DNA of 64,000 nt from Planctomycetota bacterium (lineage in GTDB: Bacteria; Planctomycetota; Phycisphaerae; WQYP01), in NCBI GenBank assembly GCA_021790385.1, contig JAJYDW010000005.1:6294-70293 (forward strand), written 5' to 3'. The notes beneath the pieces are model-generated. The model did not search any database and was not told where the DNA came from. It saw only the letters and a program-made list of their open reading frames with translations. The position numbers and the translations under genes were made by a program. Shown here one piece after another: positions 39,135 through 47,942 of this stretch (positions within the stretch are counted from its first letter, which is position 1; the number at the start of each line of letters is the position of its first letter).

Positions 39135-40991
39135 CTATCTGCTTCCCGTAACGCCCGGTGTCCAATAGGGCTGGCCTTGTTGGTACGCGCCTAAATCGGG
39201 AGGTCGGCCGTGCACTAAAGGCGCAATACCGGCAACCATGTGGCCGGCATGAAGCGCCGGAGCGCCTGGCCTGAGCCGAAAATTGTTTCGTCGCGGGTCG
39301 ATCAGTTGCCGACCGGGATTTTTGCCCAGATAAAGATTGTTCATGCTCTGATAATGGACTCCCACCGGCCAATGTATCTGATTCGCCGGCGTTCGGGAAA
39401 CCCACATCCGCGAGCCAACCGGCAAACAATTAAAAAGCGTGTTATTGACGATCATTTCGTTGGCACATGGGCCATTAATACGTACGCCGGCATCACCGGG
39501 ACAATTCCATATTACATTGTGATCCACAATGAAATTGCGGCAGCCGTTGTCCAGATATACTCCGGGATCCGGACCGGAATTGCGATTGCCATGAATCCAG
39601 TTAAAGGCGATCCTGGTGTGGCCGCCGTTGGTACCCCATGCATAAATGATCCCCAGATCATGACACAGCAGACCGGCATGGTAAAAGTTATTAAATTCAA
39701 TCACATCATGGTGGGGGTGAGAAAATTGAAGTATATCGCGGCCGGCATTGAAAACGGTATTGAACAAAACCAGGTTGTGGCGCCCGGCGAGAAGCTGCAG
39801 CGGGCAGGCATAGGTACCGGAATAATCGATATCCCGGATAACATTGCGACTGACGAGGTTGTCATTTCCGTGAATAACGATGCCATTTCCGGCAGACCAT
39901 GCGAGCCGACATTTTCGAATCGTGTTATGGTTTCCGATGACTACGATACCACATGCCTGTGGAGTTTTGTTGTGTAGATAGGCTTGGCGAGGCCAATTAT
40001 ATTGCCCTGGATATCGGCACCGGCAATGGGTTATAATACAATGACTGCCATCTAGACGTATAGCACCTGCGCGCAGAGAAAACCCGCGAATTATAACCCA
40101 GGATTGTCGCCGGATGTCCACACACCATGTCCGCTTTTGAACGCTGATGCGGTATCGGGCTGGTGATTTGCCCGGTGCCAGTCCCAGGAACAATCGACCA
40201 GCATGATACGCCCACTCGTCAGGCAGGCCCAGAAAGCGACGAAGGCCTATGAGGTAGCCATGGCCACGTCCGGCAAACCACCAAAGTGTGCGGTTGGCAA
40301 CATTCAGGAATCCAGTACGACGGGACGATTTTACCCAGGCCGTTTGTACAGACCAGGCCGGTCCAACCCAACCCACAAAAAAGGCACCGTGAAAATAATT
40401 GCGGCGGCGACCCGCAAATTGCGGGGCATATATCCGCCGGGTGGTAGCAAACCGGTGTTGGCCTCTGGCAGGTACCGTAACTTGTGCATCACCCATGCGA
40501 AATGGTGTGACTGCGGCTTGTGGCGGATAGCGGGCGGGTAATATCAAACGTCCATTGAGAAACACCTGCATTAAGCCGGAGCCAGATTTGTGAGGCACGA
40601 GAGCAGAATAGATATGTTTGCAGTATTGCTGCCAGCCGACGATGGTATTCGCGGCATCGATCACAACGTGGTTATGGAGATAAGGTTCAAACGTGATGGG
40701 CTGTCCGGCACGGCCCGAATGGACAATCGTCAATGTTTGATGGTATACGCCGGTAAAGATGCGGCAGGTATCGCCTGGGCGCATTCGCCTGACGGCCGCG
40801 GCAAAAGTGCGCAAAGGCCGGCTGGAATTCAGGCCGGAATTCGTATCACTGCCGTGTTTTGAGATATAAAAGACACGTCCGGTGGCCGAACCCCCGAAGG
40901 TCAACGAAAACGCCATCAATACTATAAAATACGCGATCCATTGCCAGAACTGCGAATTGGAGCGGGGCGTATCAGATACGTAATGGATCAT
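39135..40991 (-). CDS. Exported right-handed parallel beta-helix protein (pectate-lyase-like fold)
   Basis: FYISKHGSDTNSG..PLRT, PGDT...GVY, repeated beta-helix rungs, GVYLDNG, PDLGAY. Confidence 0.8.
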   Translation of the reverse strand: MIHYVSDTPRSNSQFWQWIAYFIVLMAFSLTFGGSATGRVFYISKHGSDTNSGLNSSRPLRTFAAAVRRMRPGDTCRIFTGVYHQTLTIVHSGRAGQPITFEPYLHNHVVIDAANTIVGWQQYCKHIYSALVPHKSGSGLMQVFLNGRLILPARYPPQAAVTPFRMGDAQVTVPARGQHRFATTRRIYAPQFAGRRRNYFHGAFFVGWVGPAWSVQTAWVKSSRRTGFLNVANRTLWWFAGRGHGYLIGLRRFLGLPDEWAYHAGRLFLGLAPGKSPARYRISVQKRTWCVDIRRQSWVIIRGFSLRAGAIRLDGSHCIITHCRCRYPGQYNWPRQAYLHNKTPQACGIVVIGNHNTIRKCRLAWSAGNGIVIHGNDNLVSRNVIRDIDYSGTYACPLQLLAGRHNLVLFNTVFNAGRDILQFSHPHHDVIEFNNFYHAGLLCHDLGIIYAWGTNGGHTRIAFNWIHGNRNSGPDPGVYLDNGCRNFIVDHNVIWNCPGDAGVRINGPCANEMIVNNTLFNCLPVGSRMWVSRTPANQIHWPVGVHYQSMNNLYLGKNPGRQLIDPRRNNFRLRPGAPALHAGHMVAGIAPLVHGRPPDLGAYQQGQPYWTPGVTGSR

Positions 40992-42369
40992 CCAGATTCC
41001 TTTGTAATTGCCGGAGGACTCGCCAAAGTTTTCTGCGTACGCCGGTGTAGCGGGCCGACGGGCTTAGATTGGTGGTCTCCCATGGATCGCGTTGGAGATC
41101 AAAAAGCTGCACCATATCCACATGAGGATAATAGATTAATTTGTGCTCCCGGGTTCGCACCGAGCGCTGAAAATCACGGTAGCGGCAGAACAAGGCCTGA
41201 TGCATATTTCGCGGCGGGTCGTAAAGCAGTTCAACCAGACTTGGAAACTCCACGGTGCCCGGTACAGGAAGACCAAGCAACTCATGTACTGTGGAAAAAA
41301 TGCTGTGCTGATAGACCGGTACATCCACGATTTTTCCGACTGGTATACGGGGGCCGCGAAAGATCAACGGTACACGTACACTGCAATCATAAAGATTCTG
41401 CTTGCCCATCAGACCATGCTCGCCGACGGCCAGGCCATGATCGGATGTAAAGATGACAATGGTATTAGCTGCGTGGCCTGATTTATCCAGCGCTGCAAGC
41501 ACTCTTCCCACGGCCGCATCGAGTTGCGTTACGGCAGCATAATATTCTGATCGATGCAGCCGCACGGCCTCCGGCGTCCGTGGAAATGGCGCCAGCAGTT
41601 CGTCCCGGATGTGAAAATCTCCCTGATCGAATGGATGGCAGGGCCGGTAATTTGGAGGCAGCACCTGTTGTCTTTGCGGATAGAGCTGGACATATTTTCT
41701 TTCCGCCTGCCGTGGATCATGTGGCATATGAAAGCCCACGTACATACAGAACGGCTGATGAGCACCGGCTCTTGTGGATAAATATTCCTCTGCGGCCATC
41801 GCCCATACCAGGGCGGAGTGGGCGATCTTATCCGGTCCATGGCCCAGATAGCGGCGCATGTTAATCCAGTTTCCTTTTTGACTTTTATCCCAGGGCTTCC
41901 AACGATTGCCCGGACCTGGGCGATGGTAGGCGGGGCCATTGACAGGACTGGATTCAAACATTCCGGCCGGTCCCAGAGGCCCAAAAGTGTGAAAGGCCTG
42001 TTCCAGACGCGCCTGGGACAGATGCCATTTGCCGATAAGGTGCGTATCGTAGCCTGCTTGATTCAACGCTTCCGGCCACACGGGTACGTTTTCGGCGGCA
42101 GATTCCGCATGAAATACGGTCAAGCCAGTATGCAACATTGTACGACTGGCAATACATACCGCTGGGGTCCAAGAACCTTGATGGAACGCATGGGTGAACG
42201 CACAACCGTCTGCAACCAGGCGATTCAAGTTGGGTGTATGCACCATTCGGTTGTGCAATACACCAAGGGTACGGTAAGTCATATCATCGGCAATCATCAG
42301 CAAGATGTTGGGCGGACCGGCCAACGCGGGCTGCGGTACCGATTTATGCGGCATTTGTTTTATTTTCAT
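40972..42369 (-). CDS. Cys-type sulfatase (choline-sulfatase-like)
   Basis: PNILLMIADD, CIASR, GKWH, PHDP, SDHG, GKQNLY. Confidence 0.9.
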   Translation of the reverse strand: MKIKQMPHKSVPQPALAGPPNILLMIADDMTYRTLGVLHNRMVHTPNLNRLVADGCAFTHAFHQGSWTPAVCIASRTMLHTGLTVFHAESAAENVPVWPEALNQAGYDTHLIGKWHLSQARLEQAFHTFGPLGPAGMFESSPVNGPAYHRPGPGNRWKPWDKSQKGNWINMRRYLGHGPDKIAHSALVWAMAAEEYLSTRAGAHQPFCMYVGFHMPHDPRQAERKYVQLYPQRQQVLPPNYRPCHPFDQGDFHIRDELLAPFPRTPEAVRLHRSEYYAAVTQLDAAVGRVLAALDKSGHAANTIVIFTSDHGLAVGEHGLMGKQNLYDCSVRVPLIFRGPRIPVGKIVDVPVYQHSIFSTVHELLGLPVPGTVEFPSLVELLYDPPRNMHQALFCRYRDFQRSVRTREHKLIYYPHVDMVQLFDLQRDPWETTNLSPSARYTGVRRKLWRVLRQLQRNLDDPLRI

Positions 42370-42611
42370 AGTATATTCCGAATTATTTTCATCCCATGCC
42401 AGAAATGTGAACTGCCCCCCGCTTCAATCATCAAGGTTGCCTGGTGGTTGGCTAACAGTTATTCAATCACACATTTTGCGGCAGCCTATTTCACATATTA
42501 TCAAATAATTTTAGCTGAAATTTAATTTGACATCAACGCCACTTTAGTTGTAATATGGCTTTATGGAACATCAATGGAATAAAAATAAAATGACTTTTAA
42601 CAGGAGTTCTC

Positions 42612-43709
42612 ATGGGTAGCGCCACTATTTTGGAAGTAGCGCAGGCTGCAGGTGTGGGAATCGGAACCGTATCCCGCGTGATCAATCATCCGGACACAGT
42701 TAAGTCCGCCACCGCCCAGGCCGTCCATAAGGCTATGGCCGGGTTGGGATACACTCCTCCGACTCCAGACAAACGCCGGGGCAGGCGGATCGGGCAGGTT
42801 TATCCACGAAAAGCCCCTGCTAATTTGCTGCTGTTGATTGTGGGCGAGCAAGGTCTGCGCTGGATGTTGAGTATGGCTCCGATTTATTCCGCAGTCATTG
42901 ATGGTATCGAGAAAGGTGCAGCAGCACACGGCATGAATATGCTGGTCCGGCAAACCTCCAACTGGAATGATCTTACGGCGGTGGTTGAAGACAGTACCGC
43001 CCGCGGTGCCATTCTTTTTGGTTCCCATGAGCCTCTTGGTCTTCCCCCCGGCGTACTGCAAAGAAAACCGGCGGTCTGGGTAATGGGTAGCCCGGAACAT
43101 TTTTCCGGAGATCATGTGCAGCCGGACCATACCAAAATCGGCGTTTTGGCAGCGGAATATCTCCGCCAGCGCAAACACCTTCACTGTGCGTATCTGGGAT
43201 CCAGTGAAGGCACGCCTCAGTTTCACATCGGCTATCGGGCAACCGCTTTTCGCTGGGCCATGGAAAATGCGGGTGGTAGCGTGGACATGTTGGTTAACCC
43301 GGCGATGGTTATCAATGATAAGGATCATAACGCTCCCAATGAACCGCTTATCGCCAAGCTGCTGCAGCGACTTGTCGGCCTGAAGCCCCGTCCGTCGGCG
43401 CTGATGCTGGAAGCCGATATGCTGGCACCAGTTACCTATCGACTGCTGCAATCGCACGGTGTGGTCCCGCAAAAGGATATTACCATTGTAACCTGCAATA
43501 ATGAACAGCCTTACCTGCTGTCCCTGTATCCACGGCCCGTGGTGATTGATCTTCAGGCACTGTCCATTGGCAAACGGGCAGTGGATCAATTGCTGTGGCG
43601 CAGCGAAAACCCACGTGAGCCATCGGTGCGGGTCATGGTAGAGCCTGCACTGGTGGAACCGGGTGTGAACGGTCATGCCGTTCCGGCCGCACGGCACAAT
43701 GGGCACTAA
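42612..43709 (+). CDS. LacI-family transcriptional regulator with atypical hinge region
   Basis: TILEVAQAAGVGIGTVSRVIN HTH plus periplasmic-binding-like effector domain; CAGGAG SD. Confidence 0.9.
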   Translation: MGSATILEVAQAAGVGIGTVSRVINHPDTVKSATAQAVHKAMAGLGYTPPTPDKRRGRRIGQVYPRKAPANLLLLIVGEQGLRWMLSMAPIYSAVIDGIEKGAAAHGMNMLVRQTSNWNDLTAVVEDSTARGAILFGSHEPLGLPPGVLQRKPAVWVMGSPEHFSGDHVQPDHTKIGVLAAEYLRQRKHLHCAYLGSSEGTPQFHIGYRATAFRWAMENAGGSVDMLVNPAMVINDKDHNAPNEPLIAKLLQRLVGLKPRPSALMLEADMLAPVTYRLLQSHGVVPQKDITIVTCNNEQPYLLSLYPRPVVIDLQALSIGKRAVDQLLWRSENPREPSVRVMVEPALVEPGVNGHAVPAARHNGH

Positions 43710-43772
43710 GCCCGGGCCAGAGTTGTGGAACAAACATGGCCGGCAAGCCACAAAAAAAATGGGAAACGCTCT

Positions 43773-44867
43773 ATGCTGATTCATCAAGACGTTGGCTTGC
43801 ACAACGTGACGCAACTCGAACCGGCCGAGGGTGGCGGTCTGTATCTGCGGCGTTTCCCCGCTACGGTACGCGGCAAATTTATTCCATTGGGGCGCATGGT
43901 TGCCGCGGAGTCCTCTGGAGTAGAGTTGCGTTTTGTTACCGATTCACCAAACTTTTGTCTATCTGTCGGCAGCCGTCCTTCGGTGCTGGCCCCTTTCGAA
44001 AAACACCAGCAGGATCTGTTTATTTTCCGGGGAGCCTTCCTGCATTCGCATCACCGTTTGGATCCGGGGAAAATCAACCACATCAACGTGGTGAATATTG
44101 GAAATCTCGATAAGTTCGATGAAATAGCGGAATCGCAGCGTCTGGCCTGCGGATTTTCCTGGAAAGTGTGGCGGATATTTTTCGGGCGGTACCCGGCAAT
44201 TTATCTGGAATTGGATACGTATGGCGCACCGCGGCGACCGCCGCAGCCGGCAGAGGTACCGGCCTGTCGCTGGCTGGCCTACGGCTCGTCTATTACGCAT
44301 GGGGGGGCGGCGACGCTGCATCATGGTGCATACATCTACCATGCGGCCCGTGTGGCCGGCGTGGATGTGTTCAATCAGGGGCTTTCCGGTTCGTGCCACT
44401 GCGAAGCGCATGTGGCAGATTATTTTGCAGCGCGCACCGACTGGGACATCATCACCCTGGAGATTGGTGTGAATCTGCGACCATCTACCAGTCCAACTGA
44501 GTATTGCCGACGCGTCAGCTATATGCTGGAAAAGCTGCGGCAGACGCATCCTGCAGCACCGATTGTCCTGCTGACCATTTTTCCTAATGCCGCCACGGCA
44601 GGCTACACCGCCGGCACCAATGCGGCGAACACCCAGAGCGAAGGCCGCTTTAACGACATCTTGCGGGAGCTTGCAGGCCGTAGCGCACCGGCCAATGTAC
44701 ATTTCATAGAAGGCCATGAACTCCTCGATAACTTCGGCGACTTAAGTGTCGATCTGATCCACCCCAGTGATTATGGGCACGTGCGTATGGGGACGAATTT
44801 GGGATTGCGGCTGCGTCAAATACTTAATGCCGCCTTTGCAAAACCGTTACCTGCAACAGAAGGATAA
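43773..44867 (+). CDS. SGNH/GDSL hydrolase (putative carbohydrate esterase)
   Basis: YGSSITHG, NQGLSGS, EIGVN, DLIHP blocks. Confidence 0.85.
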   Translation: MLIHQDVGLHNVTQLEPAEGGGLYLRRFPATVRGKFIPLGRMVAAESSGVELRFVTDSPNFCLSVGSRPSVLAPFEKHQQDLFIFRGAFLHSHHRLDPGKINHINVVNIGNLDKFDEIAESQRLACGFSWKVWRIFFGRYPAIYLELDTYGAPRRPPQPAEVPACRWLAYGSSITHGGAATLHHGAYIYHAARVAGVDVFNQGLSGSCHCEAHVADYFAARTDWDIITLEIGVNLRPSTSPTEYCRRVSYMLEKLRQTHPAAPIVLLTIFPNAATAGYTAGTNAANTQSEGRFNDILRELAGRSAPANVHFIEGHELLDNFGDLSVDLIHPSDYGHVRMGTNLGLRLRQILNAAFAKPLPATEG

Positions 44868-44869
44868 TT

Positions 44870-46699
44870 TTGATGAACCTTGCCATGGTCCGCGGCTTTA
44901 CCGATTGGGATTATGCCGTCATTGCCTTTTATTTTACCTTCATGGTCAGCATTGGCCTGGTCTTTCGGCACTACAGCAAAAATATAAGCGATTATTTCCG
45001 TGGCGGCGGGTCTATGCTGTGGTGGATGAGCGGGGCTTCGGCCATGATGGGGGCGCTAAGTGCGTGGTCTTTTACGGGTGGTGCCGGCGAATATTATAAG
45101 ACAGGGCTTTTGCTGTATCTGGGGGTATTTTTGCCTGGTAACATAATCGGTGGATTGATCGGCATTTTTTATACTTCTTATCGCTTTCGACAGATGCGCG
45201 TTATTACCTCCGTTCATGCCATCCGCCGACGGTACGGCCCGGTCAACGAACAATTTTATGTGTGGTGTCAGGTTCCCATTAACCTGTTTTACGGCGGGCT
45301 GGTGCTCAATACGCTTAGTGTGTTCCTATGTGCGGCGTTCGGGACAAATTTGTTGGCCACCGTAATTACCACAGGCGTTATTGTATTGTTTGTAGCGTCT
45401 GCTGGAGGAGCGTGGGGCGTTATTGCGGGAGATTTTGTGCAGATGCTGGTGATGCAATCGGTGGTGCTCACCACCGCCTTTCTCACATTGCATCTGCCCC
45501 AGATTGGAGGTCTTGGGGGCTTGCTTCACCAATTGCCGGCATCGGCCTTCCACTGGACTATGTTGGTTCGCCCGCAGGTGTTGTACTTATGGCTGGGATC
45601 GATGATTATTGGTGGAATAGTGGGTTCTTTTGACTTATCCAACGGAGCCGCCCGATTTATGACGGTCAAGGATGGCCGTAATGCGGTCAAGGCTGCCATC
45701 ATGATGCTGGTCATCGGATCTTTTGGAGGCATATTTATCATGATACCGCCACTGGCGGCACGGGTGCTGTATCCTCACCTGCATCAGGTGGTTCCCAATC
45801 TGCATCACCCTTCAGAAGCAGCATATCTGGTGGTGGCCATGCGTGTGCTGCCAGATGGCATGTTAGGACTGCTGGTAACGGGGCTTTTTGCGGTAACCAT
45901 GGCCAACATGGACACCGGTTTGAATCGCAACGCCGGGATTTTTATTAAAAATTTTTACAACCCCATCCTGCGTCCGCACGCTACGGAGCGGGAACTGATG
46001 CTGGCCAGCCGCGTATGCTCAATTATTTTTGGTCTTCTGATTATTGGTATCGGCATTTTGATAGCACTGTTCCGCACGGCCAATTTGTTCAACTATGTGA
46101 TTGTGTTGGGGGTGTTGCTGGGTGCTCCCCTGACGGTACCGTTGGCCTGGGGCATGTTAATCAAGCGCACGCCGCCGTGGGCCGCATGGAGTACGGTTCT
46201 GGTAGGCTTTTTCGTTGCCGCCATGTTTCGCTTTGCCATACCCGCGACCTGGTTTCCATACCTGATGGGATGGCATCGACCGCTTTCACCGACAGCTTCT
46301 CAGGATGTGATGTTTTTCAGCATGACCTTGGTCGTTCTGATAATCGCATCCGGGTGGTACTTGTTTACGATGAAATTTGCCGACCGCTCGCCGGTGCCGT
46401 ACAAAAAGGATGTGGAAATGTTTTTTAAGGATATGAATACGCCAATTGATCCGGTGGCTGAAGGTGTCCCAGGAGAGGATTATCGGCAGTGCCGCGTAAT
46501 CAGCAGGTTATGTCTGGTCTACGGCTCGGCCATGCTGCTGGCTATGTTGATTCCCAACACCTTGGGGGGGCGATTATGTTTTATGGCTATCGGTACCGCC
46601 ATTCTCACCATTAGTTTGTTGTTGCATCTGGCGGGGCGCAAGGCCCGGCGAACGAATGTCATAGCAGCGCCCGATTCGGAGGTATCAATACACTCGTAA
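44870..46699 (+). CDS. Sodium:solute symporter (SSS) family sugar transporter
   Basis: DYFRGGG.M.WW, SAWSFTG, GG..GVI..D..Q; about 14 TM helices. Confidence 0.88.
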   Translation: MMNLAMVRGFTDWDYAVIAFYFTFMVSIGLVFRHYSKNISDYFRGGGSMLWWMSGASAMMGALSAWSFTGGAGEYYKTGLLLYLGVFLPGNIIGGLIGIFYTSYRFRQMRVITSVHAIRRRYGPVNEQFYVWCQVPINLFYGGLVLNTLSVFLCAAFGTNLLATVITTGVIVLFVASAGGAWGVIAGDFVQMLVMQSVVLTTAFLTLHLPQIGGLGGLLHQLPASAFHWTMLVRPQVLYLWLGSMIIGGIVGSFDLSNGAARFMTVKDGRNAVKAAIMMLVIGSFGGIFIMIPPLAARVLYPHLHQVVPNLHHPSEAAYLVVAMRVLPDGMLGLLVTGLFAVTMANMDTGLNRNAGIFIKNFYNPILRPHATERELMLASRVCSIIFGLLIIGIGILIALFRTANLFNYVIVLGVLLGAPLTVPLAWGMLIKRTPPWAAWSTVLVGFFVAAMFRFAIPATWFPYLMGWHRPLSPTASQDVMFFSMTLVVLIIASGWYLFTMKFADRSPVPYKKDVEMFFKDMNTPIDPVAEGVPGEDYRQCRVISRLCLVYGSAMLLAMLIPNTLGGRLCFMAIGTAILTISLLLHLAGRKARRTNVIAAPDSEVSIHS

Positions 46700-46986
46700 C
46701 TTGCCGGGCAGGTTACCCGAACGTCGAACGTTCCGTGCCGGTGGCCAACGCGATGGGCACAGTGCTCTTGCGATCCAAAGCAGCCATCTGCCCCGGCCAA
46801 TAGCTGCGAAAATACCAGGAGGTGTTGTGTCGCTTCAAACAAAGCCAATATCCCTTGATATACGCCTCCAACGCCTGGACCAATGACTGCAATTGTTGGG
46901 CATCCATGCGGTCTCTCCTTGCATCTGTCCTTGCTCATCGGTCATCCAAAATAAAATCTTCCACTTTTATAGCGATGTCGTATTAG
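46700..46986 (-). mobile_element. Truncated IS701-family element (left end plus transposase N-terminus)
   Basis: Reverse complement closely matches 21033-21290 (MDAQQL...LDRKSTVPIALATGT); same terminal IR ACATCGCTATAAAA. Confidence 0.85.
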
Positions 46987-46987
46987 T

Positions 46988-47200
46988 CAATTTACGAACC
47001 CCAATGGTTGCCGTCGTACCATCCGGCTGGACAAGATGAATGGACGGATGGCTGAAAATGTCCGGCGCTATATTGAGGATTTAATCAAGGCCGGGTTAGC
47101 CAATGTCGCCATAACCAATGAAACCGCTGCCTGGCTGGGTGGATTATATGATGATCTGTAGAGCCAATTGGTAGATGTGGGGCTGGCAAAGCTACGGGCC
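46988..47200 (+). pseudogene. N-terminal remnant of a planctomycete-type tyrosine integrase
   Basis: QFTNPNGCRRTIRLDKM...AENVRRYIEDLI...ETAAWLGGLYDDL*SQLVDVGL; resembles the N-terminal arm of planctomycete integrases (recalled, not searched); in-frame TAG 47159-47161. Confidence 0.55.
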
Positions 47201-47695
47201 AAGAATGCACCCCAGCATGAGGATTCCGCCTACTGGAAAGGCCGGCTGGAGCCCATGGAAGTTGTCACCGTGTGGCTGGCCATCGACCCTTCCACACCAG
47301 CCAACGGCTGCATGCAGGTAATTCCCCGCACACACCACAATGGCTTTTCCCAATATCAAAACGTTTCCGATCCAGAGCGTGCCGTATTCTCGGCGGAAAT
47401 CAAAGCCGAGGAGTTCGATGCCTCCAAGGCTGTGGATTGCGTGTTGGAGCCGGGCCAATGCTCCTTGCATGACGGCCGGCTGATTCACGGCTCGGCGGCC
47501 AATACGGGGACCATGCGCCGTTGCGGCTATACCATGCGCTACATACCCACCACCTCGCGGTTTATCGCCAATGGCCTGCACCAGATTTATCTGGCGAGTG
47601 GCAAAGACCGTGCGGGTAACACTTACGGCGATCCGACAAAGCCCAACAAGGACTGGCTCGACGCCTATCCGGACGACCAGCCCGCGGGGCATTGA
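47201..47695 (+). pseudogene. C-terminal fragment of a phytanoyl-CoA dioxygenase (PhyH) family protein
   Basis: HED, VWLAID, NGCMQVIP, HGS..N...RR motifs; N-terminal part missing. Confidence 0.75.
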
Positions 47696-47829
47696 TGTCG
47701 GCAGCCGATGCTGCTAAAACGGCCACAGTCGGCTTTGGTATAAGGCCCCGGAACCCGCCTATTTGACGAAACGCCCACCAGGCCGTACCTTACGGCCGTT
47801 GGTTTGCTGTTGTTTCAGGAGCAATCGAA

Positions 47830-47910
47830 ATGCCTAAACCTCGTCGTCGCCGTAAAATTGGCAGTAAGAAGCGCCACGCCAAGTGGAAGGCTCGGCATCA
47901 CGTTCAATGA
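47830..47910 (+). CDS. 26-aa highly basic protein (candidate bS22/mS38-like small ribosomal protein)
   Basis: MPKPRRRRKIGSKKRHAKWKARHHVQ; CAGGAG SD; promoter TTGACG(47763)-17-TACCTT(47786). Confidence 0.6.
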   Translation: MPKPRRRRKIGSKKRHAKWKARHHVQ

Positions 47911-47942
47911 TCGCCGCCGAGATGGGCTTTTTCGTCACATCC

